A stretch of 64,000 nt of DNA, taken from assembly GCA_011364965.1 (NCBI GenBank), contig RDOB01000004.1, positions 64,001-128,000 of the forward strand, given 5' to 3'. Shown piece by piece: positions 29,029-39,829 of this stretch. Within the stretch, counting starts at the first letter, position 1; every line of letters starts with the position of its first letter. The position numbers and the translations under genes were made by a program. The notes below the pieces were generated by a model. The model was not told where the DNA came from. It saw nothing but the letters and a program-made list of their open reading frames with translations, and made no database searches. The DNA comes from Candidatus Heimdallarchaeota archaeon (GTDB lineage: Archaea; Asgardarchaeota; Heimdallarchaeia; Hodarchaeales; Hodarchaeaceae).

Positions 29029-29060
29029 CAACCATTGGAGTATTTAGCTGAGTTTGTGTT

Positions 29061-31007
29061 ATGGAGAAAATACAGATGAACGGAAAATATCGTATAGCAC
29101 TTGTCATTATAGGGATCTTTGCTATTACTCTCCTTAGCGGTTGTGTGGGTACAGAAACTCACGATACCCTTATTCTCCAGATCGAAGAAGAAATCATCGA
29201 TCTAGACAACCGATACTATGGTTCTAGCTCCCTTTACGACTCTGTTGTTGCTTATCAATACCAAGGTTACCTTGGATTGATAGCACCTGGTGAAACTATT
29301 GTTACTATGCCAGGTGTTGCAGAAAGTTGGGAATCCAACGAGGATCAATCCGAATGGACATTCAATCTAAGAGAAGGTTTGACATTCCATGATGGTACTC
29401 CGATTGACGCTAAAGCTGTCCGCTATAGCTTTTATGCTGACTTTATGGTTTATTACGGTCTAAATAATGTCAGTGAAGGAGAATTATACCTCAATACCTA
29501 CTTTGGAATGAATATTACTTTCCCTGACGCTGATCCAAATGGTGATGGATATGTCGTTAACTTCCACGGTGGTTGGTACCCCGACCCAATGTTCTTGTTT
29601 GATGTCTGTGGTCAATGGAATATATTCACTTTGATACCATACAATTCCCACGGCTCTTATACTGATTCTACTGAAGTTTGTCAGGATAAATTAGCAGATT
29701 TCCAAGACAATCCAGTTTCTTGTGGACCATACAAATTCGTTGAATATGCAACTCAGGACTATGTTCTTATGGAGCGATTTGACGATTGGTTTGGCTGGGG
29801 TGAAACATTTACTGGTAGTAATGGAGAAACTTACACCTTCCCAACACTCAGTAAGGCATTCAAATATCTAAAATTCCGAATTATTCCAGAAAAGGCTATG
29901 GCATTGGTTGAGCTTGCTACTAATGGTATTGATGTTACCACAGGTCGGTTCTCAAGCCAAGCATCATTCGAGGAAATCAATGAAACTGAAGGATTCTCTG
30001 CCTATAAACTACCCGTGTTAGGTGGAGCTACCATGGAAGTTAATCTTCAAGGTGATTGGCCAGCTGTTTTTGGTGGACCTGGTAACTATCCATTATCCGA
30101 GAGTTGGTTCCGTCAAGCTGTGTCTCATGCAGTTGACCGAACTAACATTGTTGATAATGTTTACCTTGGAATTGCTGATGAACGAAATACAATCTTTTCT
30201 GATTGGATCTTAGACAAATTCAGCAATATTGATGTTTCTGATTATTACGATTTTGATCAAGGTAGAAATAAATCCCTAGATATTCTTGCTGCAAATGACA
30301 TGACTGCACTTGGATTCAGTGATGAACCAGATAATATCCTTGGTTGGGGTTTATATGCCAACGAAACAGATATCAATGGTGTCCCACAAACCAAAGGCCG
30401 CCACTTAACTCTCACAACCATGGATTGTGACTTTTGTGTAAAACGTGCCCTTGCAGTCCAAAAAGACCTAAGGCAAATCGGTATCTATATTGATCCTGAA
30501 CTACTCGAATGGGGTCAATACCTAACTAAACTTTATGCTGGAACCCCGGGACAAAACTATAACACAACTGGTCCTCAGCCAGACCCAAATTTCATTGGAC
30601 CTGCTTGGGACTTTACTGTTGGTGGTTTTGGCGGTAACTACGAAACTCCTTGGGATTTCATTGCATACCAATCCTTTGCTACCTGGATGCAATATGGTCG
30701 TGGTGGCTACAGCTGGTTAAATATGAATTATGAAAAAGGTTATCGTATGGCTACTGGCTTTGCAATCAGCAGCAGACTCAGTGGATTCCCAGATTACGAC
30801 AGTACTGTCTGGCCTGTTCCTGAATGGTCAAACGATGATGAGCAATTCATCGAAGGTTGTGAGCTAGCTGGGTATGAGATGTCCTACGCCATGAATAAGA
30901 TACCTTTGGTCTGGTATGTAGACACTTATGCATTCAATGATCATTTACACAACTTCCTTGGTGCTCGTAACAGCATGTATCACGCTGCCTATGCATACTG
31001 GGAGTAA
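29061..31007 (+). CDS. Peptide/nickel ABC transporter substrate-binding lipoprotein (family 5)
   Basis: Lipobox LLSGC, WTFNLREGLTFHDGTPIDA, GPYKF, RQAVSHAVDR. Confidence 0.92.
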   Translation: MEKIQMNGKYRIALVIIGIFAITLLSGCVGTETHDTLILQIEEEIIDLDNRYYGSSSLYDSVVAYQYQGYLGLIAPGETIVTMPGVAESWESNEDQSEWTFNLREGLTFHDGTPIDAKAVRYSFYADFMVYYGLNNVSEGELYLNTYFGMNITFPDADPNGDGYVVNFHGGWYPDPMFLFDVCGQWNIFTLIPYNSHGSYTDSTEVCQDKLADFQDNPVSCGPYKFVEYATQDYVLMERFDDWFGWGETFTGSNGETYTFPTLSKAFKYLKFRIIPEKAMALVELATNGIDVTTGRFSSQASFEEINETEGFSAYKLPVLGGATMEVNLQGDWPAVFGGPGNYPLSESWFRQAVSHAVDRTNIVDNVYLGIADERNTIFSDWILDKFSNIDVSDYYDFDQGRNKSLDILAANDMTALGFSDEPDNILGWGLYANETDINGVPQTKGRHLTLTTMDCDFCVKRALAVQKDLRQIGIYIDPELLEWGQYLTKLYAGTPGQNYNTTGPQPDPNFIGPAWDFTVGGFGGNYETPWDFIAYQSFATWMQYGRGGYSWLNMNYEKGYRMATGFAISSRLSGFPDYDSTVWPVPEWSNDDEQFIEGCELAGYEMSYAMNKIPLVWYVDTYAFNDHLHNFLGARNSMYHAAYAYWE

Positions 31008-31023
31008 ACCCCTCATCTCCCTC

Positions 31024-31038
31024 TTTTTCTTTTTTTTT
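31024..31038 (+). terminator. Oligo-T terminator
   Basis: T-rich run 16 nt after the stop of the substrate-binding gene. Confidence 0.55.
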
Positions 31039-31413
31039 AAAACCAACAAAAAATTTCCCGTTTTTATATACCTTATTTAGGACTATAACAAATGTCAGTA
31101 GCAATAACAAGAACGATTAACAATATTTAAGTGAAGTGAATTCCTTTTCAAGAAGCTTAGAGTTTTTTCCCCACTTATGATTATCACTTTTTAGATACGG
31201 ACGCTTTAAAAGAATTAACCCAAAATGAACTTCCTTAGATTATATACATGCTTTATAAGGTTGATGTTATCGGCAATCCAAGCATTTTGATCTACTTACT
31301 TCTAATTCGTAAATTGATAACAAATTATCGTTAGGTACCTTTTAACAGAAGTAAAGCAAAGCAGTGGTAAGTACGAAACCTCGTACCTTATGAACCATGG
31401 TTTGTAAAAGTTT

Positions 31414-32430
31414 ATGGTGTTTAATTTGGCAGGATTAAGAGGATATGTAGTAAAGCGTCTTTTAATCGCACCTGTACTGCTAATTGTTATTACGATTATC
31501 ACATTTTCATCTGCAGCGTTAGCAGTCGGAGACCCCGCAACTTTGATTTTTGGTGGAGCCATCAATCCTGAAATGATGCGTGGAAAAGAAATGACCGAAG
31601 CGGATTATGCACAATTTGAAGCAGAGTACGAAGAATTAAGAGAAGAGCTTGGTCTCAATCATCCAATATGGATTCAATATCTAATCTGGTTGGCGCATTT
31701 AGCAACAGGTGATTTTGGAACAAATTGGGAAACTGATCGACCTATTGTTGAAGAAATGCTAGAACTATTTCCAGCCACGCTCCAGTTAGCAACGACAGCG
31801 TTATTATTTGCCTGCTCGACTGGTATTATTGTTGGTATCATATCAGCTATTAAACATAACCAAGCAACAGATCGGTTTCTCGTTTTTGCTACTCTGACTC
31901 TCTACTCAACTCCTGGATATTGGTTGGCATTTATATTAATCCAATTTCTTGCAATCGATCTCTATCCCTTACACAATGGATTTATAACCCCAGGATGGCG
32001 AGATAACGCTTCACCGATTGGAAGATTGATCATTCCTGGCGTTGCAATGGGTATCGCATCCGCAGGATTTTATGCAAGGATAACACGTTCTAGTATGTTG
32101 GAGGTAATCAGACAAGATTACATTATGACTGCTCGTTCAAAAGGACTTGCAGAAAAAATTGTTATCTATAAACACGCTCTGAAAAATGCCTTAATCCCTG
32201 TTGTTACTATTATTGGTCTCGATCTTGCGGGTCTTTTTGGCGGAGCTGTGATTATGGAGACAATTTTCTCATGGCCTGGAATGGGACGATATGGATATCG
32301 AGCTTTACAAATACGGAACTATCCTGTCATTATGGGAGTTGTACTGTTCAGTTCCACTCTCCTGATCATTATGAATCTGGTTGTAGATATAGCTTATGCT
32401 TATCTTGATCCCAGAATCAGATATGGATAA
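31414..32430 (+). CDS. oppB: Peptide ABC transporter permease (OppB/DppB)
   Basis: ELGLNHP..IQY, RSSMLEVIRQDYIMTARSKGL, ETIFSWPGMG, LDPRI. Confidence 0.94.
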   Translation: MVFNLAGLRGYVVKRLLIAPVLLIVITIITFSSAALAVGDPATLIFGGAINPEMMRGKEMTEADYAQFEAEYEELREELGLNHPIWIQYLIWLAHLATGDFGTNWETDRPIVEEMLELFPATLQLATTALLFACSTGIIVGIISAIKHNQATDRFLVFATLTLYSTPGYWLAFILIQFLAIDLYPLHNGFITPGWRDNASPIGRLIIPGVAMGIASAGFYARITRSSMLEVIRQDYIMTARSKGLAEKIVIYKHALKNALIPVVTIIGLDLAGLFGGAVIMETIFSWPGMGRYGYRALQIRNYPVIMGVVLFSSTLLIIMNLVVDIAYAYLDPRIRYG

Positions 32431-32438
32431 TAAAGTAG

Positions 32439-33410
32439 GTGAATACCATGGGCATGAGTTTAATGTCACAGAGTGAACTTGTTGATCAAGTTAAGAGAGA
32501 ACGAAGATTCCGAAATAGATTAATCGCGTATTTCAAGTCCCTATTAGGTAGCTGGACCGCGACCTTAGGACTTATTATTGTACTGGTATTCTTTGGAACT
32601 GCCCTTTTTGCTGATTTTATTGCTCCTTATCATCCTACACAGGATGATTATACAGTTGGAATGCCATCTTTTCAACCACCTTTTACTATTCCTGAGCAAC
32701 AACCTTTTCCCTTTGTTTTTGGAACAGATTGGTCTGGACAGGACATTTTTTCTAGAGTTATCCACGGAGCGCGTAGTGCAGTACTTGCGGGGACTATTGC
32801 AATATCAGTTGGGCTTACAGGAGGAATACTCCTAGGTGCTATCTCAGGATACGTTGGTGGATCTATAGACAACATTCTAATGCGAGTGGTAGACGCATGG
32901 ATGTCAATTCCTAGCTTTTTCATGCTGCTAATTATTGTAGCAGCTTTATCCGAGCAACCATGGAATCCAGCAGGTAAATATACTTTACTTATAGCAATGT
33001 TCTTTGTTGGTTTTATGGGGATTCCAGGATATGCAAGGATTATTCGCGGATCTGTTCTATCTGTTAGAGAAATGGATTTCATTGATGCTGCGAGAGCTAC
33101 TGGTTCAAGTGAAGCTCGAATTATAGCAAAGCATGTAATTCCTAATGTCTTCCCAATCATACTTGTTTATGCTACAATGGGAATTGGAGGAGCAATTATG
33201 AGTACAGCTGGTTTAAGCTTTATTGGGCTTGGAGCCCGTCCCAATCAACCAGACTGGGGTGGTGATATGAATGGAGCTAGATCTATCTTCTTCCAGTATT
33301 GGTGGCCTATGTTTTTCCCTGGTCTAGCAATATTTGTTGTGGTTCTTGGATTTAATCTCTTAGGAGATTGGCTTCGAGATGTTTTGGACCCAAGAACAAG
33401 GGATGTGTAA
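32439..33410 (+). CDS. oppC: Peptide ABC transporter permease (OppC/DppC)
   Basis: FGTDWSGQDIFSR, EAA loop DFIDAARATG, HVIPN, GDWLRDVLDP. Confidence 0.94.
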   Translation: MNTMGMSLMSQSELVDQVKRERRFRNRLIAYFKSLLGSWTATLGLIIVLVFFGTALFADFIAPYHPTQDDYTVGMPSFQPPFTIPEQQPFPFVFGTDWSGQDIFSRVIHGARSAVLAGTIAISVGLTGGILLGAISGYVGGSIDNILMRVVDAWMSIPSFFMLLIIVAALSEQPWNPAGKYTLLIAMFFVGFMGIPGYARIIRGSVLSVREMDFIDAARATGSSEARIIAKHVIPNVFPIILVYATMGIGGAIMSTAGLSFIGLGARPNQPDWGGDMNGARSIFFQYWWPMFFPGLAIFVVVLGFNLLGDWLRDVLDPRTRDV

Positions 33411-33413
33411 TTA

Positions 33414-34388
33414 ATGGCATCAAATGGTACATTATTAGATATCCGCGACCTCCGTACATATTTCTATACCAAGAAAGGAGTAGTTCGTGCAGTGGATGGG
33501 ATCTCTTATAGCATCAAGCGAGGAGAAAGTCTTGGTCTCGTTGGTGAAAGTGGTTGTGGTAAAAGTGTTTCCGCGTTGACTCTTATGCGATTAATTCCTC
33601 AACCCCCAGGTAAAATTGTAAGCGGAGAAGTCTACTTCGATGGAATCAATTTATTGAAGTTACCTATGCATGAAATGAGAAAAATCCGTGGGAATAAGAT
33701 TTCAATGATTTTTCAAGATCCAATGACTTCACTAAATCCAGTTTTAACTGTAGGAGATCAGGTCGGTGAAACAATAGCACTTCATCAAGAATTAACAAAA
33801 AGAGAAGTTATTGAAAGAGTAATTGAGTATTTTGCGATGGTTGGTCTCCCAAATCCCGAAGATAGAGTAGAAAATTACCCCCATCAACTTTCAGGTGGAA
33901 TGCGTCAACGAGTGGGAATTGCAATGGCATTATCCTGTAATCCTAATCTCTTGATAGCAGATGAACCCACAACTGCACTGGATGTCACTATTCAAGCACA
34001 GATATTAGAAATTATGGCGAATTTAATGCAGGAAATTCAAACTTCTCTTATTTTGATCACACATAATCTTGGGCTTGTTGTTGAACTTAGTCAGAAAGTA
34101 GCAGTTATGTATGCAGGACATATCGCTGAATTTGGACGAGTGGACCATATTTTCGAAGCTCCAATGCATCCTTACACAATAGGTTTGCATGAATCTATCC
34201 CCAAGATTAATATAAAACGGGATAGGCTTATTCCAATACCAGGGGAAGTCCCAGATCTCATCAATCCTCCACCGGGCTGTCCTTTCCACCCAAGATGTTC
34301 TAAAGCCATGCCGGTCTGTCGGGAGAGTTATCCTGATACAGTGGAAATTGAACCTGGTCATAAGGTAGCGTGTCACCTTTATTTATAG
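33414..34388 (+). CDS. oppD: Peptide ABC transporter ATPase (OppD/DppD)
   Basis: GESGCGKS, LSGGMRQR, DEPTTALD, C-terminal Cys motif. Confidence 0.96.
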   Translation: MASNGTLLDIRDLRTYFYTKKGVVRAVDGISYSIKRGESLGLVGESGCGKSVSALTLMRLIPQPPGKIVSGEVYFDGINLLKLPMHEMRKIRGNKISMIFQDPMTSLNPVLTVGDQVGETIALHQELTKREVIERVIEYFAMVGLPNPEDRVENYPHQLSGGMRQRVGIAMALSCNPNLLIADEPTTALDVTIQAQILEIMANLMQEIQTSLILITHNLGLVVELSQKVAVMYAGHIAEFGRVDHIFEAPMHPYTIGLHESIPKINIKRDRLIPIPGEVPDLINPPPGCPFHPRCSKAMPVCRESYPDTVEIEPGHKVACHLYL

Positions 34389-34403
34389 CAAGGAGAAGAT
34401 TAT

Positions 34404-35393
34404 ATGTCAGAGAATATTATTGAAGTAAAAAATCTAAGGATGTACTTTGAAGTATCAAGAGGTCTCTTTTCTAGTGAAACACTTACATTAAGGGCAGTCG
34501 ATGATGTCAGTTTCAATATAAAAAAGGGCGACACACTTGGATTAGTCGGAGAAAGTGGATGCGGAAAAACCACTACCGCTAGATGCATTTTAAAGCTATA
34601 CGAATCAACTGGAGGCAGCATCAAATTCGAAGGATTAGAGGTTACAAAGCTTAAAGGGCGAAAACTTAGACAACTTCGACGAGATATGCAAATCATTTTT
34701 CAGGATCCTTATGCTTCATTAGATCCAAGAATGAAAGTTGGAGATATCATTGGAGAACCATTAATTGTTCATGGGGTTGCAAACGCTTCAGAAAGATCAG
34801 AAATTGTATTTAATTTGATTAAGACTGTTGGACTAGCTCCTGATCATTATTATCGATATCCCCACGAGTTTTCTGGGGGACAGCGACAACGAATTGGAGT
34901 AGCACGTGCTTTAGCGTTAAATCCAAAGTTCATCGTAGCAGATGAACCAGTTTCTGCATTGGATGTTTCGATTCAGGCTCAAATTCTTAATTTATTACAG
35001 GATTTACAAAATGAACTGAATTTAACGTATTTGGTTGTCGCGCACGACTTAGGAGTCGTTAGACATATAACGAGAGAAACAGCAGTGATGTATGTTGGTA
35101 AACTTGTAGAACAATCCCCAACCGAAGATTTATTCCATAATCCATCACATCCATATACTGAAGCTCTTATTTCAGCAGTACCAAGCTTGGATCTTCAACG
35201 GAAAATGAATCGGCTTGTTCTTCGAGGAGATGTTCCTTCTCCGATCTTCCCACCACCAGGATGTCGATTCTCTCCACGATGTATTTATGCAAAATCAATC
35301 TGTTCTCAAGAAGAACCAAATCTAGAGGAAATATCTCCGGGTCATTTTGTAGCATGTCACTTCCCTCTTGAAGAATCTGAGTATGCGTATTAA
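34404..35393 (+). CDS. oppF: Peptide ABC transporter ATPase (OppF/DppF)
   Basis: [24 protein letters not shown]. Confidence 0.96.
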   Translation: MSENIIEVKNLRMYFEVSRGLFSSETLTLRAVDDVSFNIKKGDTLGLVGESGCGKTTTARCILKLYESTGGSIKFEGLEVTKLKGRKLRQLRRDMQIIFQDPYASLDPRMKVGDIIGEPLIVHGVANASERSEIVFNLIKTVGLAPDHYYRYPHEFSGGQRQRIGVARALALNPKFIVADEPVSALDVSIQAQILNLLQDLQNELNLTYLVVAHDLGVVRHITRETAVMYVGKLVEQSPTEDLFHNPSHPYTEALISAVPSLDLQRKMNRLVLRGDVPSPIFPPPGCRFSPRCIYAKSICSQEEPNLEEISPGHFVACHFPLEESEYAY

Positions 35394-35398
35394 TACCC

Positions 35399-35419
35399 TT
35401 TTTTCCTCTTTTTTCTCTT
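35399..35419 (+). terminator. T-rich terminator after oppF
   Basis: Pyrimidine/T tract directly after the stop. Confidence 0.5.
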
Positions 35420-35488
35420 CAAATCATCTATTGAAAATTTGTTGCACTAATCCTAAATTCATATATTGATGTTATTATCGGAGAGACC

Positions 35489-37492
35489 TTGATTTATATG
35501 AACACCATAATTAAACCTGTTACATTAATTTGCGTGTTTTTTTTCACTACTGGACTTCTTATCAAAACATCGCATGTTAATGCGTCATTTTATGATATCC
35601 CTGAAATCTCTTATGGAGATTCGACCATTTATTCTCATATTATTTTTACTGGCTTTAATCAGGAGATCTTAGCTAATATTGTTCCCATTTCTCCTTTCTC
35701 CCAATCTCTTCTTCCAGAATATGTTTCAAACTCTTTTAAACAATCTTTCACTAGCGAAACTTTCTTCATTAGACATTCATATGAAATTTCATCTTCCATT
35801 TTTGAGGGTTTACTCTTTGATCAACTTAATATCTCAGCTCAATTAAACACAGTCAATTTAACTGATGGAACCCAAGTAACTGGAAAATTTATTAATGCCA
35901 ACGATACCTTAAACTGGATAGGGGAAAGATACGAAACTTTCTTTGGTTCAATACCAAAACCAGGGTATAGTTTGATTATTGCTAACTATTCCAATCTTGA
36001 TGATATCACACACCCAAATCATTGGTATAATCAATCTTGGAAGGATCCAGATACAGAAAAACCATTAGAAAGTCAGTTTATGACTGGGTTTGGATCACAA
36101 GACCGAATTTATTATATAGATTTATCCACTGATTCATATATTCTTCAGGATTCGGGAGAGAACGGAACTCTTCAAGAATTGGAATATTTATACAATTTTA
36201 ACACTGAATTTGGGCTAAATAAGCTTGCAGAATATTTAGCTGAATGGATCTATGAAATAGAACGAAATCTCTTCATCCAAGAGTTCCAATATCAACCACT
36301 GATTCCAATGGGAGACCTTTGGAGTGGCACTCAATTCTTGTTTGAAACCCTAGTACTCTGTAATATATCTGATTATAGTGCTAGTGACCTCAATTGGACA
36401 ATCAATGAGGATTATCTTCTTGAGAAAATGAAAGATGTTTATCCGTGGATGAAAATGGAATTCAAGGTCAGATTTGTAAATTTGACTGATGTACCTGTCC
36501 TTGATGAATTAATATATAACTCTATGGTATCGTGGGATACCTATAATGATCAATCGTCTCATAAATACGGCATTGATGTGAGTTTGATATATAGGGAATT
36601 ATATACGAGGTCCGATTTTTATATGGAGGAAGAAATTAGTTCCTCATTTTATACTATTCATTTCAAAACATTTGCTTTTCTGTTTGATAATGCGTTATTT
36701 GGTACCCCCCATAAAGCTAAACTAGAACCTATTAGTAGAGGGCTTGCTTTAAGAGATGCTGCGAATCGTCCATTGAATATCATTGGTAAAAGTTTTCAGG
36801 AGATATTTGGCGAGAATCGTTCGAATCCTTCTCCAAATATAGGATTAAGTCGGGCTATTTTACAAGAATTCGGACACCAACTTGGATTGATCCACACCTT
36901 TCAATCTGGAGCTGTGGGGAATTTTGTAGATGATGTGATGGCATACTATCCCTATTCAACTAGATTTAGTATTTTTTCCATTGATAATGCTAGAAGAGGT
37001 CAAATAGACTTTCTTGTAAGGACAGGGGTTTTAAGATATCAAATAGCAGCGCAAAATGTTGAGAAAAAAGTGTATGATGAGAATTTATTAAATTACTTCT
37101 ATTTTCTTGCAGATTCCTATGAAGAAATCCTTACTTATTACAATCAAATGAATTATAGTAGAGCTTTTTCGTTAGCTAAAACTTTTTATTTAACTCTTCT
37201 AGACTTTGATCCTCAATTAAGAGGATATGCTGACTCTAGAGATAGGACAGAAATGACACCAGTTTTTTTCAGCTTAATGCTTGTCTTCCTGATAATTGCA
37301 GTTTATTATCGAGGAAAATTTCAAGTTTTTAGGAAGATGCACCCAAGGAGGGATCTTCTTACACCTGATATGGTTACTAAATTTGAAGAAAAAGCTCGGG
37401 AGAGGTTTATAGCTTCCCGACAAGCTGCTAAAGAAAAATTCTTAGAGACTCAACAACGGATCCAAGAAGAAAAAAACAATGAAATAGAATAA
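35489..37492 (+). CDS. Single-pass surface protein with a variant metzincin-like motif (QEFGHQLGLIH)
   Basis: Signal peptide, xExxHxxGxxH, downstream DVMAY Met-turn-like motif, TM helix and charged cytoplasmic tail. Confidence 0.7.
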   Translation: MIYMNTIIKPVTLICVFFFTTGLLIKTSHVNASFYDIPEISYGDSTIYSHIIFTGFNQEILANIVPISPFSQSLLPEYVSNSFKQSFTSETFFIRHSYEISSSIFEGLLFDQLNISAQLNTVNLTDGTQVTGKFINANDTLNWIGERYETFFGSIPKPGYSLIIANYSNLDDITHPNHWYNQSWKDPDTEKPLESQFMTGFGSQDRIYYIDLSTDSYILQDSGENGTLQELEYLYNFNTEFGLNKLAEYLAEWIYEIERNLFIQEFQYQPLIPMGDLWSGTQFLFETLVLCNISDYSASDLNWTINEDYLLEKMKDVYPWMKMEFKVRFVNLTDVPVLDELIYNSMVSWDTYNDQSSHKYGIDVSLIYRELYTRSDFYMEEEISSSFYTIHFKTFAFLFDNALFGTPHKAKLEPISRGLALRDAANRPLNIIGKSFQEIFGENRSNPSPNIGLSRAILQEFGHQLGLIHTFQSGAVGNFVDDVMAYYPYSTRFSIFSIDNARRGQIDFLVRTGVLRYQIAAQNVEKKVYDENLLNYFYFLADSYEEILTYYNQMNYSRAFSLAKTFYLTLLDFDPQLRGYADSRDRTEMTPVFFSLMLVFLIIAVYYRGKFQVFRKMHPRRDLLTPDMVTKFEEKARERFIASRQAAKEKFLETQQRIQEEKNNEIE

Positions 37493-37709
37493 AACTAAAT
37501 TTTCATGCTGGATTTATTGTGAAACATTGACTCTTATACCCAAAGTGTCAACAAGATCTAAAAATTAGATTTTTTAAGAATCCAAGTCAGATGAATCAGT
37601 TGCATATATCATGAAGGATATAAAGGAATTTACAATATATCTAAAAGAAGAATCCTCGAATTCAAACCGGGAGGATTTTTTAAGGAAATAATTTCTTATA
37701 TGATCGAAG

Positions 37710-38459
37710 ATGCCCCGTTTAAATATTTCAGATCGTGACTTGATAATAGCAGCAGTAATCACTATAATCTATCTTCTTACAGGTTTCACCCCGAACCCTT
37801 TAGAATGGCCTAATCAAATTGAGAATCGTTTTACATTAATGGAATCCATACAACCAGAAAATCCCGATATTATTGAGTTAAATGCCAAATTTGAGGCTTT
37901 CTATCAATCAGAATACCAAAAACTTGGCACCAAGGACATGCGAGAGGAGCAAATTGAAGCAGAGGCATTAGAGGAATTCCTCTATGCAGAAATTCCGTAT
38001 ATTAATGACTTTGAAAACTATTTTGCTTGGGAGCATTTCCCTGAGATTTCAGAAGTGATTACCCGAGGAGATGATTGCGATGGTATGGCAATCGTTGCAT
38101 GTTCGATACTCACCAGAAGGGGATATGAAAGTTATGTTTTGAATTCCAAATGGCACTCCTGGATAGAAATCTACCTTGATGATGGGGTTGTATTATCAAT
38201 TTTAACTGATCCTGAAAGCATGACGACACCTTGGTATTTAAAATATAACGCAAATAGCATTAATTTTCGATTAATTTCTTATCTTGATGTGGTTTTTCAT
38301 AATTTTATCTTATTGCTCTTTTTAGAACAGATTTTTGTTACTTTTTATCTTTTAATAAAAAGATATGATTCTTTTCAACAAATTTACACAACTTTACTAG
38401 CATTACTTTTATCCCCTCTCCCAGTATTACTGATGTTTGCTAGCTTATTAGGTTATTAA
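37710..38459 (+). CDS. Membrane-bound transglutaminase-like cysteine protein
   Basis: GDDCDGMAI and HSWIEI motifs; N- and C-terminal TM helices. Confidence 0.72.
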   Translation: MPRLNISDRDLIIAAVITIIYLLTGFTPNPLEWPNQIENRFTLMESIQPENPDIIELNAKFEAFYQSEYQKLGTKDMREEQIEAEALEEFLYAEIPYINDFENYFAWEHFPEISEVITRGDDCDGMAIVACSILTRRGYESYVLNSKWHSWIEIYLDDGVVLSILTDPESMTTPWYLKYNANSINFRLISYLDVVFHNFILLLFLEQIFVTFYLLIKRYDSFQQIYTTLLALLLSPLPVLLMFASLLGY

Positions 38460-38497
38460 GAAATCGTAATCTTACAATCGTAAAGGAAATAATATTT

Positions 38498-38947
38498 CTA
38501 CATACCAGAGGTAGTTAATGTCTGATAAAAAAGCCATAAAATCCAAACAACTACCATCGAAGCTAGTACAACAATTCCGCTGTACAGAAATTTTAAATCT
38601 CTTTCAATAAAGAAGGAATTAGATGATGGGGGATTTTTAGCTACATTTTTAGATTCTACTTTCCTATATTCTTTATATTTTGGGGTAAAACCAGTCTTTT
38701 TTTCCTTAGTAACAGTAGCTGGTTTTCGGATAAATGGAGGAATAAGACCAAAAGCAATTAGAATAGTTCCAATGAAGAAAAGAAAATTACTCATGGCTGT
38801 GGATACTAATTGTAAATAAGGAATATTGCTCAGTGTAAGATCAACCGTTAATATTAAGCTGATTACAGAGAAAAAGAAGCTTAAGATAATTGCAGCAGTA
38901 CTCCATCTGATTATGTCAGGTATTAATGGTTCGAAATGTTTAATCAT
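38498..38947 (-). CDS. Small 3-TM membrane protein
   Basis: Three hydrophobic segments with a basic loop; 6 bp after the arrestin-fold gene. Confidence 0.72.
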   Translation of the reverse strand: MIKHFEPLIPDIIRWSTAAIILSFFFSVISLILTVDLTLSNIPYLQLVSTAMSNFLFFIGTILIAFGLIPPFIRKPATVTKEKKTGFTPKYKEYRKVESKNVAKNPPSSNSFFIERDLKFLYSGIVVLASMVVVWILWLFYQTLTTSGM

Positions 38948-38953
38948 TAATTA

Positions 38954-39829
38954 TCACTTAATAGTCTGTTCTCTTATAGGATATTCAATACTAATAGGGA
39001 ACTCCCCTAAGAGCTTCAAGCTCTCTGAAGATGTTAAAAATCTTCTTTTTGTAAGAATTTGATAAATTCTTATTGTATATTCCACCCGTGAGAGAAGTCC
39101 TTTATAATTGTGTTGATAATCGGATGGAATTTGAAATTTAATTGGAATATCGGATAAATTTTGACTAAATTCAATTTGACCTAGGGGGAGTTCTGTTAGA
39201 TCGCTCTCTATGATCACATTTGAAGCTTTTACAACTTCTCTTCGAGCTAGTACAAATCGAACGGGACTAATTTCCATTAAATTATATGTGGATATTGAAA
39301 TCAAGTTCTCAGATCCAATTAACAACGGTTCAAGTGTTTTCAAAGAGAGACCTCCATGATCATACTCAAGTTCCACGATTTTGTCTGATCTTTTATAGGA
39401 TGAATCTATTAAAATTCTTTGCGATTCCTGGTACCGCTTCCCACTTTCTAGCATTATATCGAGCAGAACTCTATATTCTACTTTGCAATTTGCTCCATAA
39501 TACGAAGGAATGGCGTTTTCAGGTACCTCAAGTTTAATTCTGGTTTCTAAAAGGAATTGAGATTTTTCAATGACTTGAGTTTGTGTTAAGAACTCAGTTT
39601 CTTCCTTTAGATGTTTACTTGGCAATAAAAAACTCCATGTTGGATGAAATCCTTTCTTTCCTAATAATGATTGAATTGTGAATTCGACTTTTTCCACTCC
39701 AATAAGTGAAGCTGAAGCTTCAATTACTGCTTCTTTCTCTTGAGGAAAAGAAATCGCCAGATCAATGAAGTCTCCCTGAGAGAATACCTGTTTTAGAAGT
39801 TTTATCATATTTAAATCCAAGCTTTTCAA
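38954..39829 (-). CDS. Arrestin-fold (alpha-arrestin/Vps26/SpoOM-like) two-lobed protein
   Basis: Internal repeat IKLEVPENAIPSYYG..CKVEYRV / IKFQIPSDYQHNYKG..SRVEYTI; LIGVEKV strand. Confidence 0.72.
   Translation of the reverse strand: MKSLDLNMIKLLKQVFSQGDFIDLAISFPQEKEAVIEASASLIGVEKVEFTIQSLLGKKGFHPTWSFLLPSKHLKEETEFLTQTQVIEKSQFLLETRIKLEVPENAIPSYYGANCKVEYRVLLDIMLESGKRYQESQRILIDSSYKRSDKIVELEYDHGGLSLKTLEPLLIGSENLISISTYNLMEISPVRFVLARREVVKASNVIIESDLTELPLGQIEFSQNLSDIPIKFQIPSDYQHNYKGLLSRVEYTIRIYQILTKRRFLTSSESLKLLGEFPISIEYPIREQTIK

Noticed and set aside
32672-33160. Antisense and alternative-frame ORFs of 60-162 aa in the ORF track (this is the longest)
   Set aside because: They lie within well-supported genes and look like shadow ORFs
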